From positions 902,143 to 966,142 of the forward strand of contig OZ316891.1 in assembly GCA_973895155.1 (NCBI GenBank): DNA of 64,000 nt, read 5' to 3'. Both the position numbers and the translations under genes were made by a program. The notes beneath the pieces were generated by a model. The model saw only the letters and a list, made by a program, of their open reading frames with translations. It ran no database searches and was not told the origin of the DNA. Below are positions 50,313 through 61,015 of the stretch, piece by piece; positions within the stretch are counted from its first letter, which is position 1; the number at the start of each line of letters is the position of its first letter. Source of the DNA: Marsupella aquatica (lineage: Eukaryota; Plantae; Marchantiophyta).

Positions 50313-50609
50313 CTCGGGGGTCTCACTATATGGGAACCTCCCCATCGCCTGCGACGTTTTTAGGCCTCGGACCCCCTAAAATGTAAGAAAAAAATTTTAT
50401 TTTTTAACCCCTATAAAGTTGGAATATTCTTGGAATATTCTAAAAATTGGATTAAAAATACCCTAATATTCTTATAAGTCTCAAAATTCAATTTAAAAGA
50501 CCCTATTGTTCTTCTACAAAAATTCTTAAGTCTTCCCTTAGAACCAATAAAATGATCTTATCCTTCGTCGCACGTGATATGCCATTTTTGTGGAAGTGAA
50601 ACCCCCGAG
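50313..50609 (+). mobile_element. MITE family A copy nested in the Copia-2 5' leader
   Basis: TIRs CTCGGGGGTCTCAC / GTGAAACCCCCGAG; TSD GTTGTCGG / GCTGTCGG (7/8); homologous to 32473-32749. Confidence 0.85.
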
Positions 50610-50637
50610 GCTGTCGGTAGTAGGGAAGAAGAGGGAG

Positions 50638-53600
50638 ATGGCTAGATTTGGAGGAGTGAAGTTTGAGGTGGAGAAGTACGATGGTCATACTGATTACTTG
50701 CTGTGGGAGAAGCAAGTGAAGGGTGTTCTACGGGCCATGGGCTTAGCTCATCTACTTTCATCGCGAGAGCAGTATGATGGAGAGGAGGAGATTTCAGTGA
50801 GGCAATGGAGACAGGATTGCTGTCAATGCAGTGATGCTATATCTCAAGCCGCACATCATCAAGCAGCTGGATGATTATGCGGATTGCGCGTCACTGTTCA
50901 AGGCTCTAAGAGAGAAGTACTACCGGGAAGATGCGTCAGACCGGTTGTACAAGAAGTCTCTCTTGATGAGCCTCAGGCTCAAGGAAGGGAGCAAGATGCA
51001 GGATCACCTGGATAAGTTTGACAATCTAGCGGTTGATCTGTCAAACCTGGAAAAAGGAGTTGAAGATGAGGATAAGGCCTTGCTTCTGCTGAGCTTCTTA
51101 CCGCTGTCATATCAGGGCTTGAAACAGGTGCTCTTGTACAGAGATCTGAAGTCCATTTCGTATAATGAGGTGGTAAGCTCTTTACTGTCTGATGATGCTC
51201 AGAAGAAGCTGGGTCAATCACAGACAACATCTTCTTCTGGCACTACGCTCAATGTGAACAGGGGAAGAGCAACGCAGCGCACGAATGGGCAGAACAGGTT
51301 TAGATGTACATCTCGGGGAAGATCTAAATCCAGAGGAAAATTGCAAGAGAGGAAGCCTCTTGCATGTTGGAATTGTGGCAAGCCAGGCCACATGAAAAGG
51401 GATTGTCGAGTAAAGGTCCCTACTGCCTCTGCTAACGCAGCATCGAGCTCGCATGAGATAGATTTACTCGATGATGATGACATATTGTGATGTCAAGGTT
51501 ATGCTCTCAACGTAGTATCAAATCCAAGTAGTGATGACTGGATTCTAGATAGTGCATGTACTTTTCACATTTGCTCTAGGAGAGATTGTTTCAGTTCTTA
51601 CACGGTTTCCAACGGGTCAGTGTTGATGGGAAATGGAATCCCATGTCAAGTTGTTGGACTTGGATCTGTAAGATTTCAGATGTTTGATGGTGTTGTGAGA
51701 ACGTTGAGGAATGTGAGACATATTCCCAGCATGATGAAAAATCTCATTTCACTTGGAGTTTTAGAAGCAAATGGCCATCAGTGGAGATCTGCTAATGGTG
51801 TCCTTCAGGTTTCAACTGGTACTAAAGTTGTATTGAAGGGAAAGAGACATAGCAATCTATACGTTTTGGAGGGCAGTGTAGTTTGATCAAGCCAATGTAA
51901 CCTTATCTCATGAGGAGACGGCCCGGCTGTGGCACTTCCGTTTGGGCCACATGAGTGAAAAAGGTTTGGCTATTCTTCAGAAAAAAGGATTACTTTCTAA
52001 TTTGCAATCTTGTAAGTTGGAATTTTGTGAGCACTGTGTGCTAGGGAAGCAGCACAGGAAACCCTTCGGAGTTGGAACTCACACCAGCAAGGAGGTACTT
52101 GAGTATGTACATAGTGATGTGTGGGGTCCAGCCCCTACTCCCTCATATTCTGGACGGTTATACTATGTCACGTTCATAGACGATTAGTCAAGGTATGTGT
52201 GGATATACTTTCTACACAATAAGTCTGATGTTTTTGCCACTTTTAAGTAGTGGAAAGCCCAAGTTGAGAATCAGACTGGTAATAAGGTGAGATATCTTCG
52301 ATCGGATAACGGCGGTGAATACAATTTCGAGGAATTTGGAACGTATTGTAAGGAGCAGGGGATTACCCGCCATCTCACAACAAGTTATACTCCTCAGCAA
52401 AATGGTGTTTCTGAGAGACTCAACCGAACACTATTGGACCGCTCGAGGAGTATGTTGAGTCAATCATGCTTACCACATGAGTTTTGGGCTGAAGATGTCA
52501 ACACTACAGCTTATTTGGTAAATTTTTCTCCATCTAGTTCTATTGGATTCAAGACGCCATTTGAAATGAGGTACGGGCGTCCAGCAGATTACTCACATCT
52601 GAGGATTTTTGGATGTGATGCTTATGTGCTTACACCTTCCCAGCTTCGATCCAAGCTGGAGTCCAAGTCGAAGAAGTGCATTTTTCTTGGCTATCAGAAA
52701 GGTGTGAAGGGTTATAGGTTATGGGATCCAGTAACCTATAAACTAATTGTCAGTAGAGAATTTAGGGTTTAGGGTTTAGGGTCCTTTAATGAATCCAGAT
52801 CATCAAAGGAGGGGGAGAGTTCTCAGGACTCCCATACTGACAAGGGGAAATCTCCCATCCCGGACCGGGTTGAGGGGGAGATTAGTCATGATGCAGTTCA
52901 TGACAAGAGAGATGGAGAAGCTCCGGGCTTGGAGCTGGTTCCTGTGATGGAACAAGAGGAGCAGATTGTTGCTGGGGTACCTCAAAATCAGCCAGCAATA
53001 GCAGCAGATCAACCTGAGTCATCTACTAGAAGAACTTCCAGTCGTTCTACTAAAGCTCCTACCAGGTATGATCAATGGGCAGACTCATCTAAGCTAGATG
53101 ATATTGACATTGCACCTGATGATGATGACATGGCTTTGATCTTGGAAGAAGGAGAACCTTCTTCGTACAGTGAGGCTTGTGCTTCAAAACAGAAGCATGA
53201 GTGGAATGCAGCAATGCAGAGGGAGTTGCAATCTTTGAGTGACAACAAGACATGGGAGCTGGTGGAGCTTCCAAGAGGTCAGCAAGTGGTGGACAGCAAG
53301 TGGATTTACAAGTTGAAGAATAGTCCTTCAGAGGGTGGAGACAAGATCTACAAGGCAAGGCTTGTTGCCAAGGGATTCACTCAGGAGAAAGGAGTGGACT
53401 ACAATGAGGTCTTTTCACCGGTGGTGAAATATTCCACAATACGGATCTTGTGTCAGCTTGTTGTGTTTTTTGGTCTTGTGATGGATCAGATGGATGTTGT
53501 TACTGTTTTTTTCTATGGCAACTTGGAAGAGTTGATCTTCATGAGATAGCCACTAGGCTTTATGAAGAAGGTCCAAGAGAACTTAGTTTGCAGATTGCTC

Positions 53601-54725
53601 AAGTCCTTGTATGGATTGAAGCAGTCTCCCAGACAGTGGAACAAGCGATTTGATGATTTCATGCTTGCTCAGGGTTTTACAAGGATGGTGTATGATCCTT
53701 ATGTGTATACGAAATCAGTCAAAAATGATGTATTTGGTTTCATCATTCTGGTGATCTATGTGGATGATATGCTGATTGTGGCTAAAGATCAATCTGAGGT
53801 TGACAGTCTCAAGGCAAAATTGAGTGTTGAATTCAGGATGAAGGATCTTGGTAAGGTCAAGAGGATCTTAGGGATGGAGATTTTTAGGAACTCTGAGATT
53901 GGACAGTTGTGCTTGAGTCAAGGCCAGTATGCGAGGAAAGTACTTGCACGATTCAACATGGAAAATTGTAAGCCAGTGAGTATTCCTTTAGCTTCACATT
54001 TCAAGTTATCATCAGCTTTCTCTCCTACGGAGGCTGTGGAGAAAGGTCTGATGGCTAAGATTCCTTATGAGAAGGCAGTAGGCAGTATGATGTATTTGAT
54101 GACTTGTACTAGGCCTGACTTGGCCCTAGCGATGGGCAAGGTTAGCAGATTCATGTCAAATCCAGGGAAGGTACACTGGGAAGCTGTGAAATGGATTCTC
54201 AGGTATGTGAAAGGAACACAGGACTATGGATTACTATTTGATAATAGATCAGATAGAACGTTGGTTGGCTATGTAGATTCTGATTATGGAGGCTGTCTGG
54301 ATACAAGGAGGTCTACAACTGGGTTCGTTTACACTCTTGGAGGAGGATGTATCAGTTGGAAATCTACCTTGCAGAAGTGCATATCTCAGTCTACTGCAGA
54401 AGCAGAGTATGTTGCAGCAGCAGAAGCAACAAAGAAAGCAATTTGGTTGGATAAGTTGATCGCGGAGATGGGTTTATAGCATGGAAAAATGACTCTAAAC
54501 TGTGATAGTCAGAGTGCTCTTCACTTGGCTGCTAACCAGGTGATGGATAGCAGGGTGAAGCACATTGATATCAGGTACCATTTTATCAGGCAAGCAGTGT
54601 CTGATAAAACTTTTGAGCTAGTCAAGATTGATGGAAAGCTCAATCCCGCTGATGCCTTTACCAAAGTGATTCCTTTGGAGAGTTTCTCAAGACACCGTGC
54701 TACTTTGCAGGTTTTGCAGTTGTAG
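50638..54725 (+). pseudogene. Copia-2 gag-pol with multiple stops and frameshifts
   Basis: MARFGGVKFEVEKYDG gag start; CWNCGKPGHMKRDC; WILDS; HSDVWGP; SDNGGEY; YGLKQSPRQW; YVDD; DSDYGG; ADAFTK. Stops at ~51488, 51884, 52185, 52248, 53547, 54477. Confidence 0.92.
52761..52781 (+). repeat. Interstitial telomeric repeat (TTTAGGG)x3 inside Copia-2 integrase
   Basis: GTCAGTAGAGAA-TTTAGGGTTTAGGGTTTAGGG-TCCTTTAATGAATCC interrupts the conserved VSRDV.F.E motif. Confidence 0.85.
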
Positions 54726-55920
54726 TGCAAGTAGAGTTATTTAGCAATGTGTGACTATTTGTATATGGATTACTCATTCCTGCTAGGCTACGGCTTAGTT
54801 CTAGTTAACCCTTAGTTAACCCTTGTGGTTTTTAGGGGGAGACCTGGTTTGGTGATTGTCTAGAACTTCCCGCTGAGGATTCCATATGGTAGCATTTAGT
54901 CCAGTCCCCAAGACAAGAGTCAAGGGGAAGTTTGTTAGATATTGCTCTAGTCTTGTGACTCTTGTGCTAACCACAGTTAGGCTAACTCGGGTTAGGACCT
55001 AACTAAGGTTAGCGGTAGTGCTGTTGTGCATATAGCCAGGGCTGATGCCAGACCCTGGTGGAACAAAGGCTCATTGTTACGGAGCTAGTTGAGAGATAGG
55101 GAGAGCTTGTGCTGTGGATGCTTGGTATGGCCGGTCGGCCTAGAGTGCAGTAAAGCTCTTGTATGTTCCCGTGGACGTAGCCTCATGTGGAGGTGAACCA
55201 CATATCTCTCTGTGTCGACTATTGTGCGTTGGATGATTCATGGGCTTGCCGTTGCGAATGTCGTCTATGCTCAACAATAGTGAGACCCCCGGGAGCTAAA
55301 AAGGATACTCAAGATAATTTGTCAAGTTTCAGACAGTCCCGGACGGGTTTCATTTTAGTTCCTCTAATTGAGTGGTTTCTTGGCTCTCCATCTATATTCA
55401 TAATTTGAGTATATTTGATACAACATCTGGGCACACAGTCATTGCATGCATGGAGCCCGGCATGGAGTCTCAAAAGGTTTTGGTTTATAGCTTGAAATGA
55501 AACTTCTCCAATGCCATTGATTTGTGTTCATTTGCACACATGCTATCAAAGATATCACAGTATCTCAAATAATGAAATTAAGCTAGATTATTAAGCTAAA
55601 CCTTAATATTCTTTGCAAGATACTCATGTCAAACCTATAATGCCTTCTAGGAATTCATGTAGAGTCATATCTTTCTTACATTTACTAGTCAGGACAGGCT
55701 CAGTAGATATATGGTGGCAGGGATCAGTCCTTGATCATACACATGAGTTAAGCATAACACTTTGAGGGACTTTTATAATAGTATGGGAAATCTAATTCTT
55801 AAAATCTGGAAAAAAAATCCAACTGTCTTTTTTTCCAAGATTTTAGACTGCTTCTAGAGTTAAAATAATAATGCTTGCATATTAACCATACACAATTGAG
55901 TTGAATGTTCAATGATTCAG

Positions 55921-56395
55921 CCCAGGTATGCAACTTCCCTTTTTATAAGGCAAGTTTATAGTTCCTTATAATGATTTTATATCCAATTGACCATGTGAAG
56001 TTTCATTTTAACCTACCAAAATCTTGTACCTCTCAACTCAAGCAATCCAAATATGTGACTTTAAAAAAAGATTGAAATTGTTTTGATATGAAAAAATTTG
56101 ATCAAAACCAGATTATATGGCTTTTTTTTAATACAGGGGTCTACAGCCAATAGCCAACTTTTGGGGATTTTTATTAAAATTTTAAAAATCTTTTAATAAA
56201 AATTACAACAAGTTTAGGAATTATGTGTTTTAATTTTATGTGGAAAAATAAGAAAACCAAACCTTTTCTATGACTTAAAACTTTTAAAAGTGAACAACCC
56301 AAGTTTTTTTTAATTTTAATTTTTCTTATAGCCAACTTTTTAGTCCATATAAAAATGTAGACCCCTGCATATTATACAAGAGTTGGATACCCGGA
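55921..56395 (-). mobile_element. MITE family B, copy 2
   Basis: Reverse-complement homolog of 36013-36495; TIRs CCCAGGTATGCAACT / AGTTGGATACCCGGA; degenerate TSD TGATTCAG / TGTTTCAA. Confidence 0.82.
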
Positions 56396-56689
56396 TGTTT
56401 CAAAAGCGCTAGTATCATAGTCTACTTATTAAAAGCAGTAAGTTGGATTGCAACCTTTCAGGCTAATTTGAAGTCTGCATGGTTACTGCCAGGTTTAGAA
56501 AGTATAAGGTTTAATAATTAATTCATTACAATTGGGGTCCAGGACAGATCAAACGGGCAACATTTTCCTCTTTCCGCTTAGTTGATGTGTGGAGGAGGTT
56601 TGAAAGTGTGTGGAGTTTGCTGGAGAATGCTGAAAATGGCAGAATAGGAGGTTTGAAAAAGTGTGGAGTTTGCTGGAGAATGCTGAAAA

Positions 56690-57350
56690 TGGCAGAATGC
56701 AGAGCAATATATTGAGAGCTTTGGAAGATGAAGAACTTATGGCAAGCGGACCAGCAGAAGCTAATGATCAACTTCAGTATATATGCAACAACTTTGTTGA
56801 CTAGCGCAAACAGCCGGTTGCAAAGTGAATTAAGTCACCGCGTGAGGAACTATGGAGAGGAGAGGAGAGGAGAGGAGAGGAGAGGAGAGGAGAGGAGAGG
56901 AGAGAAAGCTCCTGGAAAATATATGCTAAAGCCTAAATAACTGCTAGGAGAGAACGACATACAACAGGAGGAGAACAAGCGCGACTCAGAAACAGGAGTA
57001 AAAGAATAAACTGCGAGAAGAGAAACGTCGTCTGGAATATTTTTGGGCAAGCAACTGCAGGAGAGCAGACTAATGCAACAGGAGACCTATTGGCTGTTTA
57101 TTTACTGCTTACATCAATGTAACAGTGGAGAACAAGAACTGGGAGAGCCAAGAAGAGACGGGAAGTTGCTGCTGGGATTGCAATTAATTGAAAGGCAACA
57201 AAACTAGCTTGTGTCAGATCTCTGTCTGGTGTCCCCCAAAAATACCATCTGTTTGCTTTGTGGAGATATCAGTTCTGGTTATTAGTGCTTGTGTACGTAG
57301 ATATCAAGAGTATTAATACTACAAGTTGCCCTACTTGCGGAATAGAATCC
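56690..57350 (+). pseudogene. Heavily decayed coiled-coil plus RING relic
   Basis: E/Q/K-rich broken frames, then fragments CQI.., PQNTICLLCGDIS, CL and NTTSCPTCG in RING order. The left-arm counterpart (~47900-48190) lacks most of it. Confidence 0.45.
56854..56904 (+). repeat. (GGAGA)n microsatellite, ~10 units
   Basis: Perfect pentanucleotide run. Confidence 0.95.
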
Positions 57351-58308
57351 ATCATAATTGAATACTATTTAACATATTAAGCTGTACTGTGAGTTGATAT
57401 TCAATAAATGGCACGTAGCCACTGAAGTAGACACAAATTATAGCAGTTTCGGGACGAAGGCATGCAATGAATGCTCGGGATGAACACTAAAATGCTTATA
57501 ACTCTTGATTGAAGCACCACGCAGAGGCTACCAATCGCATACCCCAGGGCACCTGTATGCAGATTAAATGCTCTCCTCCTGGAGTTCCAGGCAGGCTGAA
57601 GCATCTCCTGCGTACCTCTCTTGTTGTAGAAAGAAGTAAATTAACAAGTTCAGAATGGATGGACGACCTTCAGCTCTTGACTTTAAAGGAGCAACAATTT
57701 GTCAGATGAGTTCAGGCTATGCGCTGGTTTGCCTCCCAACCAGCGAGTAATTGGGTTACACTAAACTGCATCAAGACAGACTGAGATGACATAGAGGTTT
57801 AACATTGACCTTCAACAAGGCTAAATTCCAATACAAGACCAAACCAGTGTTTCTTTTCATTTGCTACCAAGTGAAGTGGCTTGCGGATCATACACAGTTC
57901 TTATTTTATGACTTATCGGCCAAAATCATCTCATCCTCCACAAAATAGCGGTCACAACTAGTGGTTTCATTGTGATATGTGATCCTACAAGTCAGGCATA
58001 CATTTTTAGAAGGGGATCGAGGCTTCTCAACAGTGCTGGTGATACGGCCCCGCTGGGATTGATCGAGGCCCCTTAGACGTCAATATCAGTTCGGTTATAT
58101 ATGTGCATGCAAATCCCTTTATAGCATTCTTTGATGTAAGCTTTGATGAGCTGAAATTCATTTGAGATCAATCGCATGACATATTAAAAAACACATACCA
58201 TCCCGTAAAGAATTAAGACAAAGGAGCACATTTATAAACAACATGACCTTGAACAAACCCATCCGTTTCGCACGGCAGGTAAGGATCTAAATGTATGTCC
58301 ACTACTGC

Positions 58309-59334
58309 TCAAAGGTGAATGGGGCACATAGCAAAATTAGTGCGCCTATCCAGCAGAAATTTAGAGTCCGTTACTATCTCCCACGAAATCTCTTTGCCAG
58401 CAGATCCAAACCCTATGCTTTGAATCATGCAATAACCGTCAGTGAGGACGTCGCTCCGACGTGCAATTGCTAAAAGCTCGTTGTTCAGCGGAAGGATAAA
58501 CAACGGTTCAACCTGGATTGGGTAGCAGATGCTTCCTTCTGCAGGTTCAATTGTGCTTGAGACAGAGTGCATATGACTAGGTAGTCTTGTAATAGGATCC
58601 CGGGAATAAAAATCGAGATAGTTGCGTTGTGCTACGATGTCATAGCGTTTTCCTGCAGCCGAAAACCATTGTTGCGGAAGGTTGTCCAAAGTACGCTGCT
58701 TAGAATCTGATTCTACCATTTCCCATCGACCGTCCACTGGACCAAGTGTAAACCAAGAAGAGGGGAAACAGCATGGGCACCCACTTCTCTTGAAAGTTTC
58801 ATCTTCCACTACTATGGAACCACAATTCATATCATCTGTGCCCTTACGATTTAGTGGAACACCTGTGGAGCACACTTCCCACCCTTCCCGCATCCCAGCA
58901 ACATCCAACATATATATCCTACTGGCTGGTTCGGCTTTGGTCAAGCAATTAGTGCACTCGGAACATGTGCAGTGACAACCTGCTCCCATGATGTATACAG
59001 TGCCATTTGATGCGTGAAATTGGAAGAATTGAGAGTTTCCACCAAGACTGGGGGGAATTGGAGGAAGTGGATAGAAAGCTTTCGTTCTCATGGAATACAG
59101 AGACACTGCGGGCCTATCGGAAGTAGCATCACGGTGTTTGACAAACACGAATGTTTCCTTTTGTTCAGAGAGAATTCTGTCACCGTAGACCTTTCGGCTC
59201 TGAATTGCTTGTTGCCAAGCTCGACTCAGCGATGCCAGCACATGCAAATCTGTCCACGACAACTTCGGAGCAATATGGGCCAACGTCGCATCTTCAACGA
59301 TCCCTGGAAGAAGTTCGTCTGTAGAATTACTCAT
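58309..59334 (-). CDS. F-box/kelch-like protein, intact right copy, intronless CDS, 341 aa
   Basis: N-terminal F-box-like LLPGIVEDATLAHIAPKL.W..L..LASLSRAWQQAIQS..VY..R, typical of plant F-box/kelch proteins; kelch-like beta-strand segments (SLYSMRTKAFYPLPPIP, ASNGTVYIMG, IYMLD....W, FTLGPVDGRW); Cys clusters. Confidence 0.8.
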   Translation of the reverse strand: MSNSTDELLPGIVEDATLAHIAPKLSWTDLHVLASLSRAWQQAIQSRKVYGDRILSEQKETFVFVKHRDATSDRPAVSLYSMRTKAFYPLPPIPPSLGGNSQFFQFHASNGTVYIMGAGCHCTCSECTNCLTKAEPASRIYMLDVAGMREGWEVCSTGVPLNRKGTDDMNCGSIVVEDETFKRSGCPCCFPSSWFTLGPVDGRWEMVESDSKQRTLDNLPQQWFSAAGKRYDIVAQRNYLDFYSRDPITRLPSHMHSVSSTIEPAEGSICYPIQVEPLFILPLNNELLAIARRSDVLTDGYCMIQSIGFGSAGKEISWEIVTDSKFLLDRRTNFAMCPIHL

Positions 59335-60685
59335 TTTGCTCAACTTTTGAATTGACGTGAGAAACCTGAGGAGACAAAACGAAACAATTCGATTAGAGTC
59401 TAATCCGGCTGTGTTCGTAACTGAACAGAAACATGTAGCAAAATAAAGCCCTGGACTTCTACTTGATTATCAGCGAGCTAAAGAGGGCGAGGATATGGGA
59501 AAGGAACTCACAATCGTGAACGCCCAAACTGCCAAGCTGAGACAAGGAAAGCGGAGAAAATATTGGATCGTAGGAAGAAAGTTGCAACAATGGATCAATG
59601 AAGAGGAATGAAACCGAGACTTCCTTAAATAGCCCCTTTCAACGCATGGAAAGCATAACTGATGAACGACTGGAAGGAAAGTTTGACTCCATGCAACCGC
59701 CGGTGATGGTTCCGGAGAAAGTATGACCAATGAGAGCAAGGTGCAACAGACGCGTCACACATTCTCTGCTCCACAGGTGGCTGACTGAAACTCAGACTGA
59801 TTGATGAGTAGATGACTGCATCTCATGATCAGTCCTCATGATCAGTCCTCGGGTTCATAGTCAGCTCTACCTTCAATCTTAAAACTGGTTGAAGACCTCT
59901 AGTCAGGAAGGTAAGGACGTAGAGCAATGGCGACAATGAGCTTGCTGCAGTTTCTATGGCCTTCATTTATTTGCCCCGAGCAAGGTATCTATAGTGAAGC
60001 GGCAGTGGTGTGCATAGTCGAGTTTTGTCAAAAACTCACCTGAACCGTTGATCTTATTCGTGGATCGATGGAGAGAGTTTAGGGTTTATAAACATTTCAT
60101 AAAAACAAATAGGTGAATAGGTCTATTAGGTGGTACTGTGGTCCCTAGTTATATACTAAACGTAATCTTAATTTAGCTTACCTCTCAATAGACCAGGCTC
60201 TCGCCTATTTATGCCTTCTTGTATCCCTTTTCCGACACAAAAAGTAAGATTTGAATACAAAAAGCAAGATTATATCTTCTACTAAAATACATAATTATTA
60301 CATGGACAAATATTTGTGATCCATTGAGACGGATAAAAATCTTTATTCCTTTTTATTGCCATCACTGATATAACATATATATGTGATTTGATAAAAAAAA
60401 TATAAATGATAATTGAATGTGGATTTAACAAAGGGAAACTTAGGTCTAACGACATAGCTTACCACACAAGCCATGATATTTAGATGTGATGATTACTCCA
60501 TCACATGACACACATTGTACATGTGATGAGGCACGACAGATGGTTGTGAGTCACTCCAAAACATCCGGCAAACCTAAATATCAAAATCACATGACCTATG
60601 CGATAAAGCCTAATGTTTGGATGTGGGAGTGACTACGGAACATGTGGCAAACCTAAACATGAAACCCCGACCAGACCAGCGTCCC

Positions 60686-60692
60686 TATATAA
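60686..60692 (+). promoter_or_regulatory. Putative TATA box of Mx4 (mirror copy for Mx3 at 44532-44538)
   Basis: CCCTATATAAG ~325 bp upstream of the ATG; conserved position across Mx paralogs. Confidence 0.55.
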
Positions 60693-61015
60693 GCCCGGTC
60701 ATTCCTGGTGCTGCTCACAACCCGCATTACAGTCCAAGTTTCCTGAGATCCTTCGCTTGTGAGAGAGTAGACGATAACGTAGACATCACGAGCATCGAGC
60801 ATTGTTCGACATTCTGTAAGCCTGCCATTCTTGCCCGGCGAGTACATTGTTGAGAAAGTTCGACGGGTTTGGTGTCTTAGTTCTTCCAACTCTCGCTCTT
60901 TCAGCAGCTGAGCTTTACCGTCGGTAGTTGATATCTCTAGCAGCTCCGACCAGTCTCGATCCATTGTTGGTGAATTCGAGCGGAACCTAGGTGCTTCGTT
61001 GTTGTAGCGTGAAAA

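Larger units (their letters stand above)
49022..55276 (+). mobile_element. Copia-2: full-length Ty1/copia LTR retrotransposon (Tnt1/Tork-like), degenerate
   Basis: 344-bp LTRs at 49022-49365 and 54933-55276, ~7 mismatches; TSD ATAGT; PBS TGGTATCAGAGC at 49368 (2-nt spacer); PPT AAGGGGAAG. Confidence 0.96.
48840..55293 (-). mobile_element. MITE family A partial copy (inverted), split by the Copia-2 insertion
   Basis: 48840-49016 is reverse-complement similar to family A internal sequence; the terminal ATAGTGAGACCCCCGGG resumes immediately after the Copia-2 3' LTR (55277-55293). Confidence 0.75.
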
